Part shown: one piece after another, positions 1 through 13,279 of the stretch
Numbering within the stretch: position 1 is the first letter of the stretch
Layout of the letters: each line of letters opens with the position of its first letter
From: Pristiophorus japonicus
Lineage: Eukaryota
Length of the DNA: 64,000 bases
NCBI RefSeq assembly: GCF_044704955.1
Contig: NC_091989.1
Span: 104,780,001 to 104,844,000 of the forward strand
Direction of reading: 5' to 3'
Made by a program: the position numbers and the translations under genes
The notes under the pieces: model-generated
What the model was told of the DNA's origin: nothing
What the model saw: only the letters and a program-made list of their open reading frames with translations
Databases searched by the model: none

Positions 1-905
1 ACTCTTCCACAAGGGGCCTCACACAACAAGATTGTTAGTAAGTCCTTTCTCATTACATATCACCCAGTCTAAGATGGCCAGCCCTCTAGTTGGTTCCTCG
101 ACATATTGGTCTAGAAAACCATCTCTAATACACTCCAAGAAATCCTCCTCCACCGTATTGCTACCAATTTGGTTAGCCCAATCTATATGTAGATTAAAGT
201 CGCCCATGATAACTGCTGTACCTTTATTGCACGCATCCCTAATTTCTTGTTTGATGCTGTCCCCAACCTCACTACTACTGTTTGGAGGTCTGTACACAAC
301 TCCGACTAGCATTTTCTGGCCTTTGGTATTCCGTAGCTCCACCCATACAGATTCCACATCATCCAAGCTAACGTCCTTCCTTACTATTATGTTAATTTCC
401 TCTTTAACCAGCAACGCTACCCCGTCTCCTTTTCCTATCTATCCATCCCTCCTGAATGTTGAATACCCCTGGATGTTGAGTTCCCAGCCTTGGTCACCCG
501 GAGCCATATCTCCATGATGCCAATTATATCATATTCGTTAATTGCTGCCTGCTCAGTTAATTCGTCCACCTTATTACGAATACTCCTCGCATTGAAGCAC
601 AGAGCCTTCAGGCTTGTCTTTTTAACACAATTTGTCCCTTTAGAATTTTGCTGTAATGTGGTCATTTTTGATTTTTGCCTTGGGTTTCTCTGCCCTCCAC
701 TTTTACTTTTCTTCTTTCTATCTTTTGCTTATGCCCCCATTCTACTTCCCTCTGTCTCCCTGCATAGGTTCCCATACCCCTGCCATACTAGTTTAACCCC
801 TCCCCAACAGCACTAGCAAACACTCCCCCTAGGACATTGGTTCTGGTACTGCCCAGGTACAGACCGAGAGGTTTGTACTGGTCCCACCTTCCCCAGAATC
901 GGTTC
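1..905 (-). mobile_element. CR1 LINE fragment (end of ORF1, spacer and N-terminal endonuclease region of ORF2)
   Basis: ORFs 19-414 and 435-665 carry APE endonuclease motifs (NARSIRNKVDEL, GVVYRPP, MGDFN). The segment is nearly identical to 20120-21030 of the longer CR1 copy. Confidence 0.9.
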
Positions 906-909
906 CAAT

Positions 910-3761
910 GTAGTTTTCTGTGCCTAGCCTGTGGTGAATTACATAGTTATATGCAGACAGCGTGATCGCCCATGTTTGGATGCGAGCAGAGGCATTGGTA
1001 TTAATATCTTTCCTCTCTGAGAATAGCGATATGAGCGGCTTATGGTCAGTTTCTAACTCGAACTTAAGCCCAAACAGATATTGGTGCATTTTTTTCACCC
1101 CATAAACGCATGCCAGAGTTTCTTTTTCAATCATGCTGTTGGCACTTTTGGCCTTGGACAAACTCCTGGACCATTAGCGACCGGTTGCAATGTTCCCGAT
1201 TCCGTTGCTTGTTGTAACACACACCCGACCCTGTAAGAAAACGCATCGCAAGCTAACGCTAAGCATTTACATGGGTCATACAGAATAAGCAGTTTGTTGG
1301 AACATAACAGATTTCTGGCTTTCTTAAATGCAGTCCCTTGTGATTTCCCCCATATCCACTCATCTCCCTTGCATAGCAACACATGTAGAGGTTCTAGCAA
1401 TGTGCTTAACCCGGGTAGGAAATTACCAAAATAATTGAGGAGTCCCAGAAACGACCGCAGCTCCATCACGTTCTGTGGTCTCGGTGCATTCTTGATGGCC
1501 TCCGTCTTGGCATCGGTGGGTCTGATGCCATCTGCCGCGATTCTTCTTCCTAAGAACTCGACCTCTGGGGCCAGGAAAACACACTTCGAGCGTTTCAACC
1601 TGAGTCCCACATGATCTAGCCAACTTAGAACCTCTTCCAGGTTCTGCAAGTGTTCGATGGTGTCCTGACCTGTGATCAATATGTCGGCTTGGAAAACCAC
1701 GGTGCATGGAACCGCCTTTAGCAGGCTCTCCATGTTCCTTTCAAAAATAGCCGCAGCTGATTGAATCCCAAACGGGCATCTTTTGTAGATGAACAGACCT
1801 TTGTACGTGTTGATGCAGGTGAGGCCTTTTGAAGATTCCACCAGCTCCTGCATCATGTAAGCCGAGGTCAGGTCCAACTTGGTGAACGTCTTCCCTCCTG
1901 CCAGCGTCACAAATAGATCGTCTGCCTTGGGTAGCGGGTACTGGTCCTGCAGCGAAAAACGGTTAATCGTTACTTTATAGCCCCCACACATTCTGACCTT
2001 GCCATCGCTCTTGAGAACCAGAACAATTGGACTGGCCCACTCGTTGAACTCAACCGGTGTGATGATGCCCTCTCATTGCAGCCTGTTGAGCTCGATCTCC
2101 AATTCCTCTTGCATCATATATGGCACTGCACATGCCTTGTGGTGGATGGGTCATGCACCGGGAACCAAGTGGATCTGCACCTTCGCCCCAGAGAAATTTC
2201 CGATGCCTGGCTCAAACAACGACGGGAACTTGCTCAAAACCTGAGCATATATAAGACGTCGTCGACGTAAGAAACGCTCGGATGTCGTCCCAGTTCCAGC
2301 GGATTTTTCCCAACCAGCTTCTGCCGAACAGTATGGGGCCATTTCTTGGTACAATCCATAGTGGTAGGTCATGCACCGCTCCATCATAGGAGACTTTTAC
2401 TGCTGCACTGCCAATTACAGGGATCAGCTCTTTAGTGTAAGTTCTCAGCTTGGTATGAATAAGGCTCAGCTTGGGCCATTGTGCCTTGTTGCGCCACAGC
2501 CTCTCGAAGGCCTTTTTGCTCATGATAGACTCACACGCACCCGTGTCCAATTCCATGGATAGTGGAATTCCTTTCAGTTCAACTTTTAACATGATCGGTG
2601 GACATTCGTGGTGAAGTTGTGTACCCTGTACACTTCTGCCTCCTTGGTTCAAGTCTCTAGTTAAGTTTGATCCGCCATGGATCGGTCTTCCTCTGCAACA
2701 TGGTGGTTTGCAGGGTTTGCAGCTCATCTGCACATTCGCTGGAGGTTTCCCATTGTTCCACAGACTTTGCATGCATAGTGTTTCAAGCGGCATTGATGGA
2801 CTCGATGATCACCTCTGCAGCGCCAACAAGGTGTTAATTGCTTCGCATTCACACTTGATGGTGGACTCTGAGTCATTTGAGGTCATGCAGCTGCAGGCGA
2901 GTACGTTCTGCTATATGCATTCCTGCCTGAAAACAACGTTACTTTGTGTACAGTACTTGCTGATGCATCTTTATGTTGCAAAATTTGTTTGGTGTTATCG
3001 CTGGTGGACATAAATGCCTGGGCTATCATTATGGCTTTGCTGGGGTTCGGTGTTTCAACAGTCAATAGTTTGCGAAGGATAACCTCATGGCCAATGCCAA
3101 GCACAAAAAAGTCTCTTAGCATTTGCTCCTGGAATCCACCGAATTCGCGATATCCTGCAAGGCGCCTTAGTTCGGCGATGTAGCTCACTACTTCCTTGCC
3201 TCCAGACAATTGACATGTATAAAATCGATATCTTGCCATCAGAATGCTCTCCTTCAGATTTAGGTGCTCCCGGACCAGCGTACGCAGTTCTTCATACGAT
3301 TTGGTTGTTGGTTTCACCGGAGCAAGAAGATTCTTCATGAGGCCATAGGTTGTTGCCCCACAGAGGGTGAGGAGGATCGCCCTTCGTTTGGCAGTGTTCT
3401 TATTCCCTACCAGCTCGTTGGCCACAAAGTATTGGTCAAGTCACTCCACGAAGGCTTCCCAATTGTCACCTTCTGAGAATTTCTCCAGGATACCAACAGT
3501 TCTCTGCATTTTCACGTGATGGTTCATTATCTATTACTCGTCGCCAGTTGTTATGTCTCAAATAAAGCAATATGACTGAATACTGTAGACTTGAGTAAGT
3601 GTGACCTTAGTCTCTTTATTCTGACTCCAGAGTGCTGGCACAGCATGGGAAGCCTGCTTATATGCAGTGCTCCCAAGTGATGCTGGGATCACTTGGGACT
3701 CCAACAGATGTGCCCTCTGGTGGCGGTAGAATGTTGGTTACAAGGTGTTGCATAGATAACA
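910..3761 (-). mobile_element. Gypsy LTR retrotransposon A, 3'-truncated (gag, protease, RT, RNase H; integrase and 3' LTR lost)
   Basis: LTR 3549-3761 (TGTTAT...ATAACA). PBS TGGCGACGAG at 3537-3546 on the - strand. gag ATG at 3509, protease ELDTGA, RT motifs, RNase H ACDA...ETDHKPL. Multiple frameshifts. Confidence 0.9.
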
Positions 3762-5041
3762 CTAAAGTTGATGTGTCTGTCCTCCCAGAGGATTTGTAGG
3801 ATCTTGCGGAGACATCGTTGGTGGTATTTCTCCAGCGACTTGAGGTGTCTACTGTACATGGTCCATGTTTCTGAACCATACAGGAGGGCGGGTATTACTA
3901 CAGCCCTGTAGACCATGAGCTTGCTGGCAGTTTTGAGGGCCTGGTCTTAAATACTCTTTTCATCAGACAGCCGAAGGCTGCACTGGCGCACTGGAGGCGG
4001 TGTTGGATCTCGTCGTCAATGCCTGCTCTTGTTGCTAGGAGACTCCCGAGATAAGGGAAGTGGTTCATGTTGTCCAGGGCTGCGTGGTGGATCTTGATGA
4101 CTGGGGGGGCAGTTCTGTGTGGTGAGGACAGGCTGCTGGAGGACCTTTGTCTTACTGATGTTTAGCATAAAGCCCATCCTTTCGTAAGCCTCAGTAAATA
4201 CATTGACTATGTCCTGGAGTTCAGCCTCAGTGTGTGCGCAGATGCAGGCATCATCCGAGTACTGTAGCTCGACGACAAAGATTGGGTGGTCTTGGACCTG
4301 GTCTTGAGATGGCAACGGTTGAACAGGTTCCCACTGGTTCTGTAGTTTAGTTCCAATCCAGTGGGAGCTTGTCAACTGTGAGGTGGAGCATGGCAGCGAG
4401 GAAGATTGAGAAGAGGGTTGGTGCGATGACGTAGCCCTGCTTGACACCGGTCCGGATGTAGATTGGATCTGTGATGGATCCATTAGTAAGGATCACAGCC
4501 TGCATGTCGTCATGGAGCAGGCGGAGGATGGTTATGAACTTTTGGGGGCATCCGAAACGGAGGAGAATGCTCAATTGACCCTCACCGTTGACAGTGTCAA
4601 AGGCCTTTGTAAGGTTGAAGAAGGCCATGTATAAGGATTGGCGCTGCTCCCTGCATTTTTCCTGCAGCTATCTGCTGCAACAATCATGTCCATTGTGCCC
4701 CATAGGGGACGAAATCCGCACTGCGACTCCGGGAGGAACTCCTCAGCCACAGGGCACTACTGCAAGAGGTAGAAAAAGCCATAAGACAGCTTAAAAACAA
4801 CAAGGCAACAGGTGCAGATGGAATCCCTGCTGAAGCACTGAAGTATGGCGGAGGGGTACTGTTGGGGTACTGATCTCATCTCTCTCATCTGGAGGCAGGA
4901 AAGCATGCCGGGAGATCTCAGAGATGTAGTGATCGTGACCATCTTTAAAAAAGAGGACAAGTCCGACTGCGACAACTACAGAGGAATCTCCCTGTTATCA
5001 GCCACTGTGAAAGTCGTCGCGAGAGTCCTCCTCAACCATCT
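3762..5041 (-). mobile_element. RTE-clade LINE RT fragment with inverted 5' segment (4757-5041 on +)
   Basis: Minus strand reads TGVKQG, QYSDD and LLYGSETWT...HQRCLRKIL. The plus-strand segment 4757-5041 encodes the upstream RT part (EVEKAIRQLKNNKA...NYRGISLLS...LLNHL). Confidence 0.85.
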
Positions 5042-5176
5042 GTTGCTGCTACCAATGGTTTAGGTCCACAGCTGTACACATTGCTGGCCATGGATAGGGA
5101 CCCTACTAATGGTTGCATTGGATTTGGAAAAGAAAGGTGAATTCCTGAGGAGAGGCAGGCATGCCGGCATGACAAG

Positions 5177-8100
5177 TGTTAAGTATCAAATAACTCCACG
5201 AGGCTAAGTATGGTGAGCTAGTTCAGGCATGACCTTACTCCAGTTTATTCATTCTCAAAGTGAGGATTCAACATGGCTGCCAACATTATATACCCGACTT
5301 GCACGTGTCTGCCAGTGACCATTAGGACTCCAGTGGCAGGTAAAACCCAGTTAACATACATAACATCATTCCCCCCAAAGTCCTTGGTACAGGTTGTATT
5401 GACAAGTTGAGATGGTCCGAGGCCTTCCGCTCCCTGGTTGATCTTCTCAGTTCGAACCCAAGCTTGGGTGAGTTAGTAGGACCATTGCTGCATTGCGGAG
5501 CAGTTGGTCTGACAGGATTGTCGGGGATGGTAGGTTCGTCTTCGTGAATGACACAAGGGTCAACTGATGGTTGGATGTGTGTTGGTTGGTCGATGATGAT
5601 GTCATCTTCAATTTGTTCTGGGTTGTCTGTGAATCGCAGTTTAGTTTGGTCGATGTGCCTCTTGCACGTTTGGCCATTTAACAGTTTGACTACAATCACC
5701 CTGTTCCCCTCCTTGGCCAAAACCATGCCAGCAACCCACTTTGGACCACAACCATAATTCAGGACAAACACAGGGTCATGAACAGCAATGTCACGTGATA
5801 CGGCCGCGCGATCGTGGTACCATTGCTGCCGTTGCCTTCTGATTTTGACATGATCATTGAGATCCGGGTGTACAAGGGAGAACCTGGTTTTGAGGCCTCT
5901 CTTCATTAACAGCTCAGCAGGAGGGACCCAGGTGAGCAAATGGGGTCTCGTCCGGTAACTGAGCACAATGTCAGCTAATCTGTAGGGAGCCATGAGTCAT
6001 GCGTTTTAGGCTCTGCTTAATGGTTTGGACAGCCCGCTCCACTTGACTGTTAGACATGGGTTTGAAAGGGGCAGACCTGAGCTGCTTGATGCCATTACAG
6101 ATCATAAACTCGTGGAACTCTGAATTGGTGAAACACGGTCCATGTCGCTGACAAGGACGTCGGGCAGGCCACAGGTGGCGAACATGGCCCGGAGGCTGTG
6201 GACGTGCGGATGACATGATTACGCATTCAATCCATTTGGAGTAAGTGTCCACTACCACTAAAAACATTTTGCCGAGAAAAGGGCCGGCAAAGTTTATGTG
6301 GATCCTTGACCACAGTTTGGATGGCCATGACCACAGACTCAGCGGAGCCTCCACAGGTGCATTAATCAGTTGCATGCAAGTGTTGCACTGATGCACGCAT
6401 GACTCCAAGTCCGAGTCAATGCCGGGCCACCAAACATGAGACCTGGCAATGGCCTTCATCATGACAATGCCTGGGTGGGTACTGTGTAACTCTCACACAA
6501 AAGTTTCCCTGCCTTTTTTTGGCATAACACGATTACCCCATAACAGACAATCAGACTGAGTGGACAATTCATTTTTGCGACGGCTATAAGGTTTAATTTC
6601 ATCCTGCTTTTCCCTGGGAATGGCAGACCAATTTCCATTTAGGACACATCTTTTCACGCTTGACAGTACAGGATCCTGGCTGGTCCAGGTCCTAATTTGG
6701 CGAGCCGCGACGGGTGATCCCTCGCTCTCGAAGGCATCCATGACCAGCAGCAATTCTGCGCCCTGCGGCATTTCCACCCCGGTTGTGGGCAATGGTAGTG
6801 GGCTAAGCGCATCAGCACAGTTTTCAGTGCCTGGTCTGTGGTGGATGACATAATCATAAGCAGATAATATCAGTGTCCATCTTTGGATGCACGATGAGTT
6901 TATACCTTTGCTCTCAGAAAACAATGAAATGTGTGGCTTGTGGTCTGTTTCAAGCTCAAACCGAAGCCTGAACAGATATTAGTGCATTTTCCTAACCCCA
7001 TATACGTATGCTAAAGCCTCTTTCACTACCATACTATAGGCTCTTTCAGCCTTAGACAGACTTCTGGATGCGTATGAAACTGGTTGGAGTTTGCCTGATT
7101 CATTGGCTTGCTGAAGCACACAACCGACCCCATATGATGAGGAGTCGCAGGCCAGCACTAACCGCTTACATGGATCATAATGTACCAGTAATTTATTGGA
7201 ACATAGAAGGTTCCTAGCCTTCTCAAAAGCTCTGTCTTGAGATTTGCCCAGTCATTACCCTTTCTCAGCAACATGTGCAAGGGCTCTAGCAATGTACTCA
7301 AACTAAGTAGAAAGTTACCGAAATAATTGAGAAGACCCAGGAATGAACACAGCTCCGTCACACTCTGGGGTCTGGATGCATTATTGATGGTCTCTGTCTT
7401 CGAGTCCGTAGGCCTGATGCCATCTGCTGCAATCTTTCTCCCCAGGAATTCGACTTCTCGTGCCATGAAAATGCACTTGGAGCATTTTAGCCTGTGTCCA
7501 GATGACGGAGAACCTCTTCCAGGTTATGCAGATGTTCGGTAGCGTCGCGACCGGTGATTAGGATATCATCTTGGAACACGACGGTTCTCAGGACAGACTT
7601 CAGCAAACTCTCCATGTTTCTCTGAAATATGGCTGCTGCTAAGCGAATTCCAAAAGGGTATCTGTGGTATATAAACAGTCCTTTGTGCGTGTTGATGCAC
7701 GTCAGTTTTTTCGACGTTTCGACCAGCTCTTGTGTCATGTAAGTGGAGGTCAGGTCCAATTTGCTGAACGACTTCCCTCCCCACTAGCATTGCAAACAGG
7801 TAGTCAACCTTGGGTAACAGGTATTGATCCTGTATTGAGACTTGGTTGATCGTTACCTTGTAGTCGCCGCAGATCCTGACCGTGCCATCACTTTTCAACA
7901 CCGGGACAATTGGACCGGCCCATTTGCTAAACTCGACTGGTGATATGATTCCTTCCCATTGAATTCTGTCCAGTTTGATCTCAACCTTCTCCCTCATCAT
8001 GTACGGAACCGCCCGAGCCTTGTGATGCACGGATCTTGCATCCGGGCCTAGGTGGATTTGCACCTTGGCTCCCGTGAAGTTGCCGATGGCTGGTTCGAAC

Positions 8101-11100
8101 AACGAGGGAAACTTGCTCAGCACTTGAGCACACGAAGCATCATCCACTGATGATAAAGCTTTAATATTGTTCCACTTCCATTAAATTTTCTCAAGACAGC
8201 TCCTGCCGAACAGCATTGGGCCATTGCCTGGAACGATCCACAACGATAAATCATGCACAGCTCCATTGTACGATACCTTTACTGCCACGCTGCCAATGAC
8301 TGGTATGAGCTCTTTGGTGTAGGTACGTAGATTCACATAGATTGGGCTCAGTTTTTACATTAGTATCCCACAGCTTTTTGAAAGCCCTCTGGCTCATTAT
8401 TGACTGACTCACAACTGTGTCCAATTCCATGGATACTGGAACCCCATTTAATTTAACTTCTCGCATTATCGGAGAACATTTGGTAAAAGAATGTACCCAT
8501 ACACTTCTTTGTCCTGTACCTCGGGTTGACTTGCCTGTGCCGCTTGATCCACGCTGGATTGATCATCCTCAGCTACGTGGTGTGTCGCTGAAGGTGCCCC
8601 ATTGTTGCACAGCCTTTGCACACGTAATGCTTGAATTGGCATTGATGGGCTCGATGATAGCCCTGCAACACCAACAAGGCGAGATTTGATTCACCCCCGA
8701 TGGTGAACTTTGAGCAGTTATAAGTCGTACGAACGCAGACAAGTGGGCCCTGCCATGTGCTGATGATATTATTTTATGCACTGTACTTGCCAGTGAGTTT
8801 CGATGCTGGGAAGATATCTGTTTTGAGTTTTTAGCTGTGGACATGCATGCCTGGGCGATAGTGATGGCCCTGCTCAGGTCGAGAGATTCAGCAGCCAGCA
8901 GCTTTCGAAGGATGACCTCATGGCCAATGCCAGGCACGAAAAAGTCCCGCAGCATTTCCTCCAATGCAGCTCTGAAGTTGCAAGGCCCAGTTAGACATCT
9001 CAGGTCAGCGACAAATTCCACCACATCCTGGCCCTCGGAGCGATTGTGCATATAGAAACGATACCTCACCATGATGATGCTTTCCTTCGGTTTAAAGTGG
9101 TTCCGAAGCAGCATACACAATTCATCGTAAGTCTTATCCATTGGTCGAGTCGGTGAGAGTAGATTCTTGATAAAGCCATAAATTTTTGACCCACAAACGG
9201 TGAGGAGAACTACCCAGCGATTAATTGCATTATCGGTTCCTTCCAATCCATTGGCTATGAAGTACTGATCGAGGTGATCAGTGAAATCCTCCCAGTCTTC
9301 CCTATTATATATGTGGACTTGTATTTACTCTGTACAGCCACCAGAGGGCTCATCCCCTGGAGTCCCAAGGGATCCCATAATCCCTTGGGAGCACAGGTAT
9401 TTAAGGAGGCTTCACAGGTTGGAGAGGCACTCTGCAGACCTGCAATAAAAGACTAAGGTCACACTTTACATTGAGCTCACAGTGTTCAGTCTGACTTTTT
9501 CTCCATACACAACAACTGAGATACAGATAGCGAACCCAAAGATGCAGAGAACAGTGGGCATCCTGGAGAAATTCTTGGAGGGAGATGATTGGGATACATT
9601 TGTGGAGCGACTCAACCAATACTTTGTGGCCAATGAACTAGATGGAGAAGAGAGCACTGCCAAATGAAGGGCAATCCTCTTCACCATCTGTGGGACACCA
9701 ACGTATAGCCTCATGAAGAATCTGCTCACTCCAGTGAAACCCATGGAGAAATCGTACGATGATTTGTACACACTGGTCTGAGAGCATTTGAACCCGAAGG
9801 AAAGCATTCTGATGGCGAGGTACCAGTTCTACACCTACAAAAGGTCTGAAGGTCAGGAAGTGGCAAGTTATGTCGCCGAGCTTAGATGCCTTGCAGGACA
9901 CTGCAAATTTGAAGGACATTTGGAGCACATGCTCAGAGACTTTTACGTACTTGGCATTGGCCACCCAACCTTGCGTAAGGCCATAGCGATAGCCCAGGCA
10001 TTCATTGCCACCAGTGACAATACGAAGCAAATCTCTCAGCACACAAGTGCGGCTACAAGTACTGTGAACAACGTGATGTTGTTTTCGAATCATAACGTAC
10101 AAGGCAGGTCACACATACCTGCAGCCGCACGTCCGCGGATGACTCAGAGTCCACCATCAAGGGTGATGAATGCAACGCCATTAACACCTTGCTGGCGCTG
10201 CGGGGGTGATCATCGTTGCCATTCATGCCAATTCAAAGAGTACGTTTGCAAGGGCTGTGGAACAATGGGACACCTCCAATGAGTGTGCAGGCAAGCTGCT
10301 AAGCCTGTTAAACCTGCAAACCACCGTGTTGCAGAGGAGGATAGATCCATGGAGGATCACGACGAACCAGAGCCTCAGATAGAGGAGGCAGAGGTACATG
10401 GGGTGCACACATTCACCATGAATTTTCCCTCGATAATGCTGAATGTTGAATTAAATGGATTCCCGGTGTCAATGGAGCTGGACACGGGTGCGAGCCAGTC
10501 CATCATGGGCAAAAGACTTTCGAAAGGTTGTGGTGCAACAAGGCCTCAAGGCCAGTCTTAACTCCAGTTCGCACGAAACTAAGAACTTACACTAAAGAAC
10601 TGATTCCTGTAATCGGCAGTGCTACCGTAAAAGTCTCCTACAATGGAACGGTGCACAAGCTACCACTCTGGGTGGTACCGGGTGATGGTCCCACGCTGCT
10701 CAGCAGGAACTGGCTGGGAAAGATACGCTGGAACTGGAACAACGTCCAAGCGCTATCGCCCGCTGATGACACTTCGTGTGCCCAGGTCTTAAACAAATTT
10801 CCTTTGCTGTTCAAACCAGGCATCGGGAAATTCCAAGGAGCAAAAGTGCAGATCCACCTAATTTCAGGGGCACGACCCATCCATCACAAGGCGAGAGCAG
10901 TACCGTACATGATGAGAGAAAGGTAGAGATCGAGCTAGACCGGCTGCAAAGAGAGGGCATCATTTCACCGATCGAGTTCAGCGAGTGGGCCAGTTCTATT
11001 GTTCCAGTCCTCAAGGGAGACGCACCATCAGAATCTGTGGCGATTACAAAGTAACTATCAATCGTTTCTCTCTGCAGGACCAAATACCCACTACCAAAGG

Positions 11101-12902
11101 CCAACAACCTCTTTGCAATGCTGGCGGGAGGAAAGACGTTCATGAAGCTCGATCTGACTTCAGCTTACATGAAGCAGGAACTGGAGGAATCATTGAAGGC
11201 CCTCACCTGCATCAACACGCACAAAGGTCTTTTTGTTTATAATAGATGCCCGTTTGGAATCCATTCCGCAGTGGCGTTATTCCAGAGAAACAAGGACATT
11301 TACTGAAGTTGGTCCCGCACACCATGGTCTTCCAGGACGACATCTTGGTCACAAGTCGGAACATATTCGAGCATCTGCAGAACCTGGAGGAGGTTCTGAG
11401 TAAACTCAATCGAATGGGGCTCAGGTTAAAACGTTCGAAGTGCATTTTCCTGGCACCTGAAGTGGAGTTCTTAGGAAGGAGGATTGCAGCAGACAGCATC
11501 AGGCCCACTAACGCGAAGGCAGAGGCAATCGAGAATGCACCGAAGCCACAGAACGTGACGGAGCTGCGGTCGTTTCTGGGACTCTTGAACTACTTTGGTA
11601 ACTTCTTACCAGGTCTCAGCACACTGCTAGAACCACTACATGTCTTACTATGAAAAGGGGGTGAATGGGTTTGGGGCAAAAGCCAAGAAAATGCCTTTGT
11701 AAAAGCAAGAAAATTCTTATTGTCAAACAAATTGCTTGTGTTGTATGATCCATGTAAGTGTTTGGTACTAGCATGTGATGCGTCGTCATATGGCGTTGGG
11801 TGTGTATTGCAACAAGCTAATGATTTCGGAAAACTGCAACTGGCTGCTTATGCATCCAGGAGTCTGTCTAAAGCTGAGAAAGCCGACAGAATGACTGAAA
11901 AAGAAGCGTTAGCATGTGTCTATGGTGTAAAGAAAATGCATCAATACCTGTTTGGACAAAAATTCGAATTGGAAACAGACCAAAAGCCACTTCTATCCCT
12001 GTTTTCCGAGAGTAAAGGGATAAATACCAATGCATCGGTCCGCATCCAGAGATGTTTCGGGTCAAACTTTCAAATGGACTCATTCACCAGAAACACTTGG
12101 ACCAAATCAAACTCAGATTCACGGACTATCCTGAGCAACCCACATTGGACCCTCCCTTTTTTCATCCCCCAACATACACACCAGTGGCAACCGGCACCAC
12201 GGTTGACCACGTAGCAGAACCCATCATCCACAACAGACCTGCAGGGCCCAACACACCAGGCAGCCCAGCAAGGCCAGCTGCACAGCAGCCCAGCGAGGGC
12301 CCAACAAATGATTCAACAACACCAGCTTTCACACCGAGACGATCAACCAGGGCAAGAAGAGCACCAGATCGACTCACATTGACTTTGTGGGGGAGTGTTG
12401 TTATATATGTGGACTTGTATTTACTCTGTACAGCCACCAGAGGATTCATCCCCTGGAGTCCCAAGGGATACCTTAATCCCTTGGGAGCACAGGTATTTAA
12501 GGAGGCTTCACAGGTTGGAGAGGCACTCTGGAGACCTGCAATAAAAGACTACGGTCACACTTTACTTTGAGCTCACAGTGTTCAATCTGACTCTTTCTCC
12601 ATACACAGCTATATACAACATTCCCCTTCCATGAATCTCTCCAAAATTCCAACAGACATGGTTGCGTGAAAGTTCATATTTTTCACTCGTCGCTAATTGT
12701 TAAGTATCGAATAACTCCACGAGGCTACGTATGGTGAGCTAATTCAGGCATGACCTTACTCCAGTTTATTCATTCTCAAAGTGAGGATTCAACATGACTG
12801 CCAACATTATATACACGGCTTGCACGTGTCTGCCAGTGACCATTAGGACTCCGACAGTCATGCCATCCGGTGGCAGATAAAACCCAGTTAACATACATAA
12901 CA
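5177..12902 (-). mobile_element. Gypsy LTR retrotransposon B, full-length but decayed, interrupted in gag by element C
   Basis: LTRs 5177-5365 and 12698-12902. 5-bp TSD ACAAG at 5172-5176 and 12903-12907. PPT just inside the 3' LTR and PBS-like sequence near 12686-12695. gag ATG at 12659. RT, RNase H and integrase (HPG...WWPG...C..C, VVVD) are frameshifted. Confidence 0.92.
9303..12620 (+). mobile_element. Gypsy LTR retrotransposon C nested in gag of B; integrase core deleted
   Basis: LTRs 9303-9514 and 12399-12620. TSD TTCCC at 9298-9302 and 12621-12625. gag with CCHC knuckles, ELDTGA protease, FQDD RT. RNase H jumps directly to the pol C-terminus near 12051. Confidence 0.92.
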
Positions 12903-13279
12903 ACAAGGACCTGAGATCCATCCTCAGGTGGACCAGGAATTATATCATACATCCCAGAGACAACTACTTGGGCATGTCAGAAGAAACCGGTCTTCAGAGT
13001 TACTCTTCAGCAGGGAGACAGTTACTGAGTTGTGCTGTATGATGGAGCCTGCTGTACAGAGCACAGTGTACCCTGCCTGTGGTGATCAAAATCACTACTA
13101 CACTGACATCTTTTGCTACCATCTCATTTCAAGCCACTATTGGTGGCATATGCCAGAAACATCAGCTGTCCATACACCTCTGCATTAAGCAGGTCACTTG
13201 TTTGCCAAGGGAGGATATTTATCACTTTCCCAATGGAATGGAGAGGGCACAACACAACTACCATTTTGTTGGGTTCCTA

